Below the pieces are notes generated by a model that saw only the letters and a list, made by a program, of their open reading frames with translations, was not told the DNA's origin and did no database searches. A stretch of DNA of 40,039 nucleotides from Candidatus Krumholzibacteriota bacterium (GTDB lineage Bacteria > Krumholzibacteriota > Krumholzibacteriia > JAJRXK01): the NCBI GenBank assembly GCA_963806035.1, contig CAWDWO010000012.1, forward strand, positions 1 to 40,039, given 5' to 3'. Positions 9,340 to 19,374 of this stretch are shown here, piece by piece (within the stretch, counting starts at the first letter, position 1; each line of letters opens with the position of its first letter). The position numbers and the translations under genes are program-made.

Positions 9340-12300
9340 ATGCGTGGGCGCTTTCACCCTCTCGTTTCCTGGCATCGATCATCCTTTTGGCGCTCGGTCT
9401 CAGCGTCTCCGCGCTTGCCGGGGACTCCTCCATGTACTGGGGGTTTCTCCCCGTCGGCGAGGTCGGGGCCCCCGAACTTCCCGCCGCCCACCCCAACCAG
9501 GACGGCATGGATGGAGCTGGTCATTATCTTCGTGCTGGATACCGGAGTGGACATGGGGATTCCGGGATGCTGACTGAGACCTCGACCGGTGAGCTGAAGG
9601 TCATCGGCGCGGGGGAATCCTCCGGCGAGGGGGAAGGTCAAGCTGAGGAAGGCGAAATGGGTGAACAATGAGATGCCGCGCGGTTGCAGCGTCGTCGATG
9701 GTCTTTGACATCAGGGCTTCTATGCCTTGCCGGTGTGACCCTCGGACACCAACGAGGTCTGGACGGGAGTTCTGAAGGAATCGGAATTCCTCAACAGCGA
9801 GAGCATCACTGATCTAAACGACATTGGCAATCACCGAGGACAGTGGGGCATCGTGGTGTATCCCTCGTCTCGCGGGGCGCGGTGGGAGGCAAAGCTGGGT
9901 GAGGGGCGTGGAGTCACCCGGCGCAAGTCCTGGGGCAAGGACGCCGCGGCCGCGGAGGCCAAGGCTGACGCGAGCAAGAAGGTGTGGCTCTGCGTGATCG
10001 ACGTCGACCGCGACGGCCATCTCGATGACGAGACCCTTCTGCGCGACTACACGACCGACTTCCAGACCATTCACTTCCGCGACGAGTCGGTCAAGGAGAG
10101 CCGCGATCGCATGAGCTTCGCGATCGACCTCACCGGCGACGATACGCCGCACTTGAATTTGCATCACGACGACGGGGGGCACGGCAGCCACGTTTCGGGA
10201 ATGGCCTCCGGATTTTCCGTGCACGGTCAGAAGGGGCTCAATGGCGTCGCGCCGGGCGCGTACGTCTATAGCCTGAAAATCGGCGACAATCTGCTCGCCG
10301 GCGGAAGCACGACGACCGAATCCATGAAGAAAGCTTACGACTACGCCGCGAAATGGATGGACGAATACAAGATGCCCTGCGTCATCAACATGAGCTACGG
10401 CATCGACAGCGAGATCGAGGGCGACGCGAGCATGGAGAGGTACCTCGACAAGCTTCTCGACGATCATTCGCGTCTGGTCATCGTGAACAGCGCGGGCAAC
10501 AGCGGCCCCGGCATCTCCACCGTGGGTCTTCCCGCCTCGGCGGACGGGGTCATCGCGGCCGGCGCGCTCTTCACCAGGGCCATGGCCAAGGACCTCTATG
10601 GCGCCAGCTTCCCGCAGGATCAGCTCTACGTGTTCAGCAGCCGCGGAGGGGAAGTAGCCAAGCCCGACGTGGTGGCGCCGGGAGGAGCGAGCAGCACCGT
10701 GCCCCTGTGGGGAGATCGCGACCGTTACAACGGCACCAGCATGGCTTCACCCATGACCACGGGCAGCGTGGCCTGCATTCTCTCGGGCCTGGCCCAGGAG
10801 GGGAAGAGCTGGAACTTCGGAACCATCCAGCGCGCGCTGCGGCACACGGGCAAGCGGCTCCCCGGCTACACGCCCATCGAAGTAGGCGGTGGAGTGGTTG
10901 ACATCTCGAGCGCCTTCGCCGCGGCCAGCGCTTATTCCGACGCGGGCGAGCCCGATGAGTTGAGCGTGATCAAGATTCGCACGGAAGCGCCCTTCCAGCC
11001 CGACGGAAAGGCGCCGGCCGCCTACTGGCGCGGCGGATGGTATCCCCACGATGGCTACGATCAGACCTTCACCATCAGCCCGCGCTTTCCCGATTGGTTG
11101 AGCAACGACAAGCGGAACAAGTTCTACCGCGCGTGGAATTTGAAAACCGATTCGTCCTGGATCCATCTGGACCGCGGCGAGACCTACATCAACGGGAACG
11201 CCGATCAGACCATCCGTGCTTCCTACTCCGGCAAGGAACTCGACGAACCCGGTCTGCACGTGGGCCGCATCTTCGCCAGTTCGAAGGGCAAGGGACGCTC
11301 CGGGAACGCCGCGTACGATTTCGAGATCGTGGTGACGGTGGTGACGCCTTACACCTTTGGGCCCGAAGAGGGCTACACGCGCAGCTGGCAAGGGCGCACT
11401 CTTCAGGCCGGCGGCGTCGAGCACTACTTCTTGCGAATTCCCGCCGGCGCGACCGCGATGCACGCGAAGCTGGAGATTCCCCAGGGGAAGGAGGGCCTCG
11501 CCTGGCCCGTGTTCTACGACAATGCGGGACACGAACGGGGATATTTCCAGGGCGTGGCCGACAGCCGGGGCGAGCGCTCCGTGGAATATGACTTCAGTGG
11601 TGAGGATCTCACGCCCGGCGTGTGGGAACTCGTCGCGCGTGGTTCGCGCAGCCAGGCCCGGTCCTCTGTCTATGATCTCAGCGTGGACTTCACCGCCTTC
11701 GCGGCCGAGCCCGCGAGCATCGAGAGCATGGATTTCGACGCACCTGCGTCCTCGCCCACGACAAAACTCACCATCACGCCGCTCTTCGACGATGTCTTCA
11801 CAGCCCGTCTCGAGGGCAGCATCGATTCCTATCGGCGCGAACGGAAGATCGAGGTGAAGAACGACGACGAGTGGAGCTACGACTTCGAGCTCTCCGAGGA
11901 CGTTCCCAGCGTCGATTTCGAACTGGAGATGAGCCGCGAGGTCTACAACCTGATGACCGACATCCCGGTGAACATCTACGATTCCTCGGGGAAGGCCGTG
12001 GTCGTCGACGGCTTCAACCAGCGCGATCTGAGGATCGGCCTGCACAACGCTTCTCCCGGCAGCTATACCCTGAGGGTCGACGCCGGTTTCGCGATGGCCA
12101 AGGACGAGGCCGATTGGGGTTTTGACCTGACGGAGGATTTCCATCTCGCGAAGAGAGTACGTCTGGAGGGAAAGGTGCGGGACAAGTCGCGATTCCGTGT
12201 CTATCCCGAGGCGCAGCTCCCAGTGGAAGTCTCGGCGGACGGAACCCCGCCCATGGCGCCGGACGGATTCGTGAACAGTGGCGCACTCAACTTGCTGGAT

Positions 12301-12351
12301 ACCGCGGATGACGCGGTCAAGCTCAAGATTCCCGTGCGACTCTCGCGCTAG
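9340..12351 (+). CDS. Secreted S8 family serine peptidase, tripeptidyl-peptidase II-like (5' part frameshifted)
   Basis: GGAGG RBS then ATG 9340. Signal peptide ...IILLALGLSVSALA. Catalytic motifs VLDTGVDMGIPG (D), GHGSHVSGMASG (H), SAGNSGP (oxyanion N) and NGTSMASP (S). NGVAPGA..SLKIGD as in TPP II. Confidence 0.9.
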
Positions 12352-12368
12352 CAGGCTAGACTTGATCT

Positions 12369-12401
12369 GAGACGGGGCGGGCCCCGCTCCGTCTCTTCTT
12401 T
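12369..12401 (+). terminator. Intrinsic terminator after the S8 peptidase gene
   Basis: Stem GAGACGGGGCGG/CCGCTCCGTCTC with a 3-nt loop, followed by TTCTTT. Confidence 0.7.
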
Positions 12402-12460
12402 ACCGTCTCCCGGACGCGGCCGCCCGCTCGTCCGGACTTCTGCCCGTGGAGGTGACAACG

Positions 12461-13174
12461 ATGTCGGGCCGCGGCAAGTTGATAACAGGTCCCATTCTCA
12501 TTCTGATCGGCATCCTGCTGCTGGTGGGACATTCCATTCGTTGGCACGCCTTCAGTGTGCTCTGGCTGCTTCTGCTCTTCGCGGCCGGCGCGGCTCTTCT
12601 GGTGCTGTTTTCTCGCGGACGCAGGGAAGCAGCCATCCTCAGCGGCGGCGTGCTCATCACTCTTCTGGCCCTTCACTTCTTCATGCTGCGCATCGGCTGG
12701 GTCGGATTTCACGCCTCCTGGCCCTTCATTCTGCTCGCACCGGGATTGGCCCTTCTCTCGGTCGCCGCCTCGGACCGGCAGAACAAGGATGCCCTGGGGC
12801 CGGCGATCACTCTCATCAGCATCTCCGTCGTCTGTTACCTCTTCACCCTGGGAATTCTCGCGGGCATCGTGAAGCTGCTGTTGGGAATCCTGAGATTCCT
12901 CGTGCGCTATCTGCTGCCGCTGGGACTCATCGCCTGGGGGATCTTGATGCTGGTGGAACGGCGCGGTGAGAAGATCTCCACCCCGGACGAACTCACGCCC
13001 GAGCCGGTTCCTGTCGCTCCGGTCGAGAAGGTCGAGCCCGCCGACCCCCTGGAAGACGAAGAGGTCGAGGAAGCGGAAGAAGTCGAGGACGTGGAGATGA
13101 TGGACGAAGCGGCTGAAGACAGTACCGACGACGAATCGGGCAGCGACGAGGAGCCGGGTCCCAGGTACTACTGA
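12461..13174 (+). CDS. Multi-pass membrane protein (LiaF/DUF5668-like TM repeats) with acidic C-terminal tail
   Basis: GGAGG RBS before ATG 12461. About 6-7 hydrophobic segments with repeated W/P-x-x-L-x-x-x-G units, then an E/D-rich tail. Confidence 0.8.
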   Translation: MSGRGKLITGPILILIGILLLVGHSIRWHAFSVLWLLLLFAAGAALLVLFSRGRREAAILSGGVLITLLALHFFMLRIGWVGFHASWPFILLAPGLALLSVAASDRQNKDALGPAITLISISVVCYLFTLGILAGIVKLLLGILRFLVRYLLPLGLIAWGILMLVERRGEKISTPDELTPEPVPVAPVEKVEPADPLEDEEVEEAEEVEDVEMMDEAAEDSTDDESGSDEEPGPRYY

Positions 13175-13227
13175 GGAAGCCGGGTCCGAAATACGCGGAG
13201 TCTCTTCAGCTGTGGCCCTTTCCATAG

Positions 13228-13263
13228 CGGCGCGGTGGACCAGCTTCACCGCGCCGTCTTCTT
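13228..13263. terminator. Hairpin between convergent genes, possible bidirectional terminator
   Basis: CGGCGCGGTGGA / TTCACCGCGCCG 12-bp stem (one G-U pair) followed by TCTTCTT on the plus strand. Confidence 0.55.
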
Positions 13264-13270
13264 GTGCGCC

Positions 13271-14360
13271 TCAGGGCAAGAACGCGCGCGTGTTGGCCAG
13301 CTTCTTGGGCAGATACTCATCCATGACGTAGTTCAGCCCGTGCTTGGCCAGAGCCTGTTGCTCCACGCGCACTCCCATCTTGATGAGCTGCGTGATGGCC
13401 TTCTGCCAGGGCTTGTGGTGCCGGATGAAGGGGTCGTTCTTGAGCGCGTCCTTCGCGCGCTTGACGTCGACGTCCTTCAGCGGGTGCGTGGGCAGCTTGT
13501 AGTCGATGATGTCCTGCGGGGTCACGCCCAGGAAGTGGGCCTGGGGCACGCAGAAGAACTCGTTGAGATGCGCCGCGTTGCCCGAGCCCACCTTGAGCGT
13601 GCGGTAGATGTTGCCGTATGCCGTAGGGATCGCCGTCGACGAACACGTACACCGGGATCTTGCGCTCATCGCTGAGGCGGCGGATGAAACGGCGGCAGGC
13701 GCGCGTGGGAACTCCACCCATGCTGATGAGAATGCAGTTCGCGGTCCGCCACCACGAATGCTTCACCAGTCGCTGGAACATGCCGGCGGTCTCGATGGCG
13801 AGGATGAACTTCGCCTTGGTCTCGAACTTCAGGTCCTCCACCGAGGAGGGGATACTGTAGGCCCCGCTCCCGAAGCGGGTGCAGTCGATGCGGAGCTCCT
13901 CGCCGGTTTCGCGGTCGCGATCGATGACGACCAGTTCGCCCGCGACGTCGCCGCCCTTCTCCTCGGGAATGAAGCCGAGTTGCTCGCGGTTCACCCGAAA
14001 GAGAGCCTCGACGTCATCCATCACCGTATCGCTCTCCGTCTGCTCGTTGAAGCGCGCGTCGTCCCAGTTTTTCGAGACGTAGTAGGCCTCACGTTTGGTG
14101 GCGATGTCGTCGGTTTCCACCAGCTGCTTGCAGAGGGACATCATGCGGAGGCTCTGGGCGAAGGTCTTCACCGTGTTCACGGTGAGGGTGCGTTCCTTCG
14201 TCTTGCCCCGCATCTGGAAGTAGCCCTTCGCTGGCCGGTAAGTCACGTTGGCAAGACTGCGTACCGGCATTTTTAGCGAGGGGCTCTCCCGCGCCAGAAT
14301 TTTTTGGTGGATGTCCTTTGCTTCACTCTTGATGAGGCTCGAGACCTTCTTTTTCGCCAT
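13271..14360 (-). CDS. top6A: DNA topoisomerase VI subunit A (Spo11/Top6A family); one extra base near 13619
   Basis: TKREAYY (catalytic Tyr region), FNEQTESD, GSGAYSIP, Toprim IETAGMF, MGGVPTRACRRF, DGDPYG. The frame then shifts to GNIYRTLKVGSGNAAH...RVEQQAL...YLPKKL. AGGAGG RBS. Confidence 0.95.
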
Positions 14361-14374
14361 CGATCAACTTCCTC

Positions 14375-15031
14375 CTAACGCAACCACTCGTCCAGGGCCG
14401 TGACGGCATTCTCGATTCCCGCCTGCACTTCGTGAACTTGCGCTTTGTACATGTAGGCCGGCGTGGTGACGATCTTGTGCTCGAGGTCGACGACGCAAGC
14501 GTCGACCACGCAGTCGACGTGCTTGGCTCCCATGCTCTCCAAGGCCTTCGCGGTGGCTGGATCGTTGCCGATGGTGAGTTGCACGCTCGGATCGCCGCGC
14601 AAAGTCGCAGCCAAAAGAGCGGGGGCGATGCACCAGGCCCCGACGGGTTTGCCGGATTCCACGATGGAGCGGATGAGCTTGCCGACTTCGGGCTGAACTT
14701 GACAGTCGGCGCCCTTCTCGGCGAAGTCACAGAGATTCAGCGCGGCCCCGAAGCCGCCCGGCATGATCAGAGCATCGAGTTCGCCCGCTTCCTCTGGAGT
14801 CTTTGGCGCGCCGCGGAAGATGCGGGCCGCCTCTTCTGAAACGTTGCGCGTTTCGTCCTTCATGGTCTGCATGGACTTGTGGTTCGTGACGTGATGTTGT
14901 GGCATGTCTGGCGCGATGGGGACGATCTCGTGCCCCCGTTTCGAAAGCGCCAAGAGGGTGAACACCGATTCCTGAATCTCCGCGCCATCTTGAAAGCCGC
15001 ATCCCGAGATCATTACTCCAACTCTTGCCAT
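14375..15031 (-). CDS. elbB: ElbB/ES1 family glyoxalase (DJ-1/PfpI superfamily)
   Basis: SGCGFQDGAEIQE, EAARIFRG, PGGFGAALNL, GAWCIAP (nucleophilic Cys), TIGND and VTTPAYM. Confidence 0.93.
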   Translation of the reverse strand: MARVGVMISGCGFQDGAEIQESVFTLLALSKRGHEIVPIAPDMPQHHVTNHKSMQTMKDETRNVSEEAARIFRGAPKTPEEAGELDALIMPGGFGAALNLCDFAEKGADCQVQPEVGKLIRSIVESGKPVGAWCIAPALLAATLRGDPSVQLTIGNDPATAKALESMGAKHVDCVVDACVVDLEHKIVTTPAYMYKAQVHEVQAGIENAVTALDEWLR

Positions 15032-15076
15032 GGCTGTTCCTCCCTTGCAATCGATGCGGGCCGGCCCGCCTTCCCG

Positions 15077-16696
15077 CTAGACCTTCCGGCTCCGGTACAT
15101 CGTATCTGTCAGTGTGGTCACTACTTTCTTTTCCTGGGGATCGGAGAGGCCGAGGATTTCCTGCAGAGCCAGACCGATGTGCGGGATGTACTTCTCGATG
15201 TAGGCCCGCTTCTTGGCCGCATCGCGCTCTCGCTGACCGCGCCGGATGTGACGCGCCAATTTGCGGCCGATTTCCTGCAGAGCCAGGCGCAGCTCCTTGC
15301 CGATCTCGTCGTAACTCGCGATGGCCTCCTTGCTCTCGCTCGTGAACGGTACCCACACGCTGGCGAGGTGCACCATGAGCAGCATGGGCGCAGTGGGAAG
15401 CGCGCCGCGGCTCTGCGATAGCCCATAGGATTTCCAGCGGGTGGAGACCACGCTCTTGGTGATCACGCAGGCCCCGGCTTGATACTGTAGGGGAACCCGA
15501 TTCGCGTAGCGCAGCAGCGAGATGAGCTCGTCTCCCTCGAGCTGTCCGCCGTAGGCCACTCCCACTTCCACCTGGAAGGGATTGCCGCGATAGACCGAGG
15601 GGCTGCGCGTCACCGCGTCGTAGTAATTGGCTTCGATCTGCGTGCGCAGGCTCGCCACCATCCGCTCTTCGCCAATGGGGGAGAGGCAGTCCACCGAGGG
15701 CGCGGGAATCTTCGTCTTGCGGATGCCCTCGATGAGCTTTTCCGCTTTGTCGGTGGAGACGCGCCGCGGTGAGGTGGTGGGCTGCAGGCCCGTGGGCTCG
15801 ATGATCGAGAGCGCGGTCTTGGGTCCCACGCGCGAGAATTCGCTCTGGAAGAAGCCCTTGAGCTGCCGACTCTTGGTGTCCTTCAGCATACGCATGAGCA
15901 TGCCGACTTCCACCCCGTAGGGGTGCGGCTTGATCTCGAGCGCCTCGTCGGGAAGCTTGTTGCTGGCGCGCTGGTACAGCTCGGGTTCGGTGGCGCCGGG
16001 CGCGAGGTAGCTGAGCGCGACGTGTGGATTGGCCAGAACGGTTTGTTGCAGGTAGGCGTCCACTCCGTGGCGCCCCTTCTTGTAGATGCCCTCGAGCTCG
16101 ATCTCCACGCGCGTGCCCCGTGGCTTGTCCTGCCAATCCACCTCCCTCTCCTTCTTGATGATCGGCTCGTTCTTGAGCATGTCGATCACCAGCTCGTAGC
16201 GATGCGCCTTCGTGCGGCGAGAAGTCCGGCTTTCCACCACGATCGGACGCCCCGTCGTGAGTTGTCCGTACATACCGGCGGCCGAGATTCCAATTCCCTG
16301 CTGTCCCCGGCTCTGCCTGAGGCGATGGAATTTTGAACCGTAGAGGAGCTTGCCGAAGATGCGCGGGACCTGCGCCTTCACGATTCCCGGTCCGTTGTCC
16401 TCGACGATCACCCGGTAGCGATTTTCGCCGGCGGGGAGGATTTCCACCCGTAACTCGGGGAGCACGCCGGCTTCTTCACAGGCGTCCAGAGAGTTGTCGA
16501 CCGCTTCCTTGATCGTGGTGAGCAGCGCTTTGGTCGGTGAATCGAAGCCCAGCAGATGGCGATTCTTGGTGAAGAATTCGCTCACCGAGATCTCGCGCTG
16601 CTGGCTGGCCATGCTCTCCGCGGTGGCGACGGTTCGCGGTGCCTTTGCTCCGCGCGCTTTGCTCACCCTGGTCTTCGTCTTCGTTCGTCTTGCCAT
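15077..16696 (-). CDS. top6B: DNA topoisomerase VI subunit B (GHKL ATPase)
   Basis: [80 protein letters not shown] and [11 protein letters not shown]. Probable start ATG 16696. Confidence 0.97.
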   Translation of the reverse strand: MARRTKTKTRVSKARGAKAPRTVATAESMASQQREISVSEFFTKNRHLLGFDSPTKALLTTIKEAVDNSLDACEEAGVLPELRVEILPAGENRYRVIVEDNGPGIVKAQVPRIFGKLLYGSKFHRLRQSRGQQGIGISAAGMYGQLTTGRPIVVESRTSRRTKAHRYELVIDMLKNEPIIKKEREVDWQDKPRGTRVEIELEGIYKKGRHGVDAYLQQTVLANPHVALSYLAPGATEPELYQRASNKLPDEALEIKPHPYGVEVGMLMRMLKDTKSRQLKGFFQSEFSRVGPKTALSIIEPTGLQPTTSPRRVSTDKAEKLIEGIRKTKIPAPSVDCLSPIGEERMVASLRTQIEANYYDAVTRSPSVYRGNPFQVEVGVAYGGQLEGDELISLLRYANRVPLQYQAGACVITKSVVSTRWKSYGLSQSRGALPTAPMLLMVHLASVWVPFTSESKEAIASYDEIGKELRLALQEIGRKLARHIRRGQRERDAAKKRAYIEKYIPHIGLALQEILGLSDPQEKKVVTTLTDTMYRSRKV

Positions 16697-16756
16697 CCGT
16701 TCGCCTCTTGCAATGCATGGAGCCTGTATTTCGAGTCCGTCCCGGGACATCGCCGC

Positions 16757-16785
16757 ATCCTAGACCTAGATGGCACTTCTGTCAC
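16757..16785 (-). promoter_or_regulatory. Possible sigma70-type promoter for top6B-elbB-top6A
   Basis: Minus strand GTGACA-N17-TAGGAT in the intergenic gap upstream of top6B. Confidence 0.35.
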
Positions 16786-16864
16786 GGTCGCGCAAGCAGA
16801 CGAACGCAGCGCTCTGCTCACGCGCTTCGCAAAAGTCGCAAACGGGACAAATTGTTCAGGGGTT

Positions 16865-18016
16865 TCAGTGCAGTTGCACGCTGGCGAGAAGCTCTCCCAC
16901 CTGGGTTGCCGCCGGGGAACTCTGAGAGGGCGACCATTCGTACCAGAGGGTGATGTGTTGCAGGCCGCGCGCCGCGGTGACGATACGAACTTCGCGCTTG
17001 CTGCCGTGGTAGCTTCCCGCGGCGCTCAACGACCAGGCGGAGAGTTCACCAAGGGTGGAGGCGCTGCTGCCGGTCTGCTGCAGATTCCATCCCTTTTGGC
17101 GCGCATCGTTCAAAACCTTCTGAGCCCAGTCCCGGTTGCTCCAGGTGTTGGGGCTTCGAGGCGCGATCCGCAGGTCCATCAGCGCGTTCTCGGTGAGATG
17201 CGTGGCGGCGAAGAGTTCGTCTCCCGTGGGCTGCAGAAATTCCCAGCCCGGCGAGGGCATTTCCAGGTGGAGACCGTAATGCGGATTGTCGTAGAAGGGT
17301 TCGACCGCCACCGCGTTCTGGCGTTGCAGGTGCAGACTGTCCCGCCACTGCAGCGCCACCCACTGCCCCAATCCCGTGAAGACGAGAGTCAGAGCGCAGG
17401 TGATCAGCAGCGAGCGCCTCAGCCAGGGGGGTGTCGTATCTTCCGGAAGCCGCGACAGCGTTCTCTTGTCTCCGTAGGCCACCATGTAGGCGTGAACCGC
17501 GGAGGCCACCAGAATGAGTTCTCCCAGGATTGCCAGTTTCGGTGCCATGAGAGCCAGGGCGAAATGGAACAGAAATGCGGCTCCGCCGGCGCCCAGAGCC
17601 CATACGCGCATGCCCAGCATCTCGTAGCCCGCGCCGTAGCCCACCAGGTTCCAGAAGGCGACTCTGCGCGGTGATTCCGGATACTGGGCGCTGCGACCGT
17701 CAGCCATCTCGTAGCGCAGCAAGGCCGCGTCGGCCACGGCATACAGGTAGAGCGCGCCGCTCGAGCGAAGCCCAATCCAGCAGATCAGCGGCCAACCCAT
17801 CGCGAAGCCCAGAGAAAGCAGGATTTGCGCGAAGAGAGACAGGAGCAGGATCGCCACGCCCTCTCGCACTTTGCGCAGGAGGATGTGGCCCGCTCCGGGC
17901 ACCAGGGCCGCGGCCACCAGAATCAACCACAGCGGTCTCTGGGGTCGTCGCCGGGGCACGACCGGGGGCGGCTGTGGCTCCAAAGGCTTGTCAGAAAACA
18001 AGTTGAGCGAATCCAT
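16865..18016 (-). CDS. Hypothetical membrane protein with a C-terminal extracytoplasmic domain
   Basis: 383-aa ORF with about 7 TM segments (PGAGH.LL and GYGAGY.MLG motifs), followed by a soluble domain (YDNPHYGLHLEMPSPGWE...). Confidence 0.75.
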   Translation of the reverse strand: MDSLNLFSDKPLEPQPPPVVPRRRPQRPLWLILVAAALVPGAGHILLRKVREGVAILLLSLFAQILLSLGFAMGWPLICWIGLRSSGALYLYAVADAALLRYEMADGRSAQYPESPRRVAFWNLVGYGAGYEMLGMRVWALGAGGAAFLFHFALALMAPKLAILGELILVASAVHAYMVAYGDKRTLSRLPEDTTPPWLRRSLLITCALTLVFTGLGQWVALQWRDSLHLQRQNAVAVEPFYDNPHYGLHLEMPSPGWEFLQPTGDELFAATHLTENALMDLRIAPRSPNTWSNRDWAQKVLNDARQKGWNLQQTGSSASTLGELSAWSLSAAGSYHGSKREVRIVTAARGLQHITLWYEWSPSQSSPAATQVGELLASVQLH

Positions 18017-18131
18017 CGGGCGGACGATCCTCTCCAGCGAGCGGCTTGGGCGGCTTCCACCTTCTCACGGCGGACGCGCGCGGGACTCTCCAAGGGGCTC
18101 GAGAGGGAAGATTCGTGCCGACTTCGCGCCC

Positions 18132-19346
18132 TCAGGCGCGTTCCAGCAGGGCGACCGTTTCCACGTGATAGGTGTGGGGAAAGAGGTCGACGGGCACCGC
18201 GCGCTTGAGAGCGTAGCCGGCCGCGCGCAGAGACTTGAGGTCGCGGGCCAAGGAGGCCGGGTCGCAGCTCACCAGAGCCAGGCGCCGCGGCCGCATGGCG
18301 GCCAGCTTCACCACGTTCTCCTCGCCAAGCCCTTCGCGGGGCGGATCGGCCACGGCCAAATCCACCGCTGAGGGAAGCTGTTCCGCCGCGCGCGTGATGT
18401 CCACGCCCACGATGTGGACCGGCAGACCCTTGACCAGGTGGCGCAGGTCGCGCAGCGCGGCCCGGTTGCGCTCCACCGCGTACACGCGGGCGCTCTTGCG
18501 GGCTAGAGGAAGGGTGAAGAGACCGACCCCCGCGTAGGCGTCGAGCACTTGGTCCTCCGCAGAGGGATCGAGCATCTCCATGATGAGATCCACCAGGACT
18601 TCCGCCCCGTCGGTGTTGACCTGGAAGAAGGACTTCGAGGAGATCCGGTAACGTTCGGTGTGCACCATCTCGGTGATTTCACCCTGTCCCGGACCGCGCA
18701 GGGGAACTCCGCGCGCCGCCGCTTCCTCCACCGGAGCGGGATCGACTTCCCCGGTGGCCATGATCAGGCGCTGTCCCGTGCGCACGCCCGCGCGCAGCTC
18801 GAGGCGGCGCAGCCCGGGCAAGAGGGGCAGGGCTTCGTGGCTCTCGCGCAAGAGGGGGTGGAGGAGCAGACAGCGATCGATGGCGACGAGCTCCCGCGAT
18901 CGCGCGCGGTGATAGGCGGTGTGTCCTTCGGCATCGACCGCGAAGATCGCGTGGTTACGATATCCGAAACCGTCGGCTTCCCCGCTGGCCCGGGTCTCCT
19001 CCACGCTCGCGGACTCCATGCCCCCGAGGTGTTCGATCTGACCCTCGACGACCTCCCGCTTCAGGCCGCGCTGCCGTGCCAGGGAAATGTGTTGCCACTG
19101 GCAACCGCCACACTCTCCGAAGTAGGGGCAGGGCGCTTCCACGCGATCTTCACTTTTTTCGAGAACTTCGACGAGCTCTCCGCGCGCCCAGCGTTTGCGC
19201 TCGTTGAGCAGACGGATCCGCACCTTCTCGCCCGGGATTCCTCCGGCCACGAAGACCGCGCGGCCGTCGTCCAGTCGCCCCACCGCCTCGCCACCATGGG
19301 CCATGCCATGGAGGGATACCTCCACCAAATTCTCCGACTGCGACAC
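18132..19346 (-). CDS. rlmD: TRAM-domain class I SAM-dependent RNA (uracil-5)-methyltransferase, RlmD/TrmA family
   Basis: HGGEAVGR...FVAGGIPGE TRAM domain; CPYFGECGGCQWQH Fe-S motif; SFFQVN, LDAYAGVGLF, DPPREG, VSCDPASLARD, DLFPHTYHVE. GTG start at 19346 with AAGGAG RBS. Confidence 0.92.
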   Translation of the reverse strand: MSQSENLVEVSLHGMAHGGEAVGRLDDGRAVFVAGGIPGEKVRIRLLNERKRWARGELVEVLEKSEDRVEAPCPYFGECGGCQWQHISLARQRGLKREVVEGQIEHLGGMESASVEETRASGEADGFGYRNHAIFAVDAEGHTAYHRARSRELVAIDRCLLLHPLLRESHEALPLLPGLRRLELRAGVRTGQRLIMATGEVDPAPVEEAAARGVPLRGPGQGEITEMVHTERYRISSKSFFQVNTDGAEVLVDLIMEMLDPSAEDQVLDAYAGVGLFTLPLARKSARVYAVERNRAALRDLRHLVKGLPVHIVGVDITRAAEQLPSAVDLAVADPPREGLGEENVVKLAAMRPRRLALVSCDPASLARDLKSLRAAGYALKRAVPVDLFPHTYHVETVALLERA

Positions 19347-19374
19347 GGAACTGCTCCTTGAAACGATGAATCGT

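Noticed and set aside
8833..9375. Minus-strand R/K/P-rich ORF resembling a histone-like protein
   Set aside because: It is the antisense of the hydrophobic small membrane gene on the plus strand.
13605..13630. Possible programmed frameshift in top6A just after DGDPYG
   Set aside because: No slippery heptamer. Removing one A restores the expected DPYG(Y/I)GNIY continuation, and the window has many similar indels.
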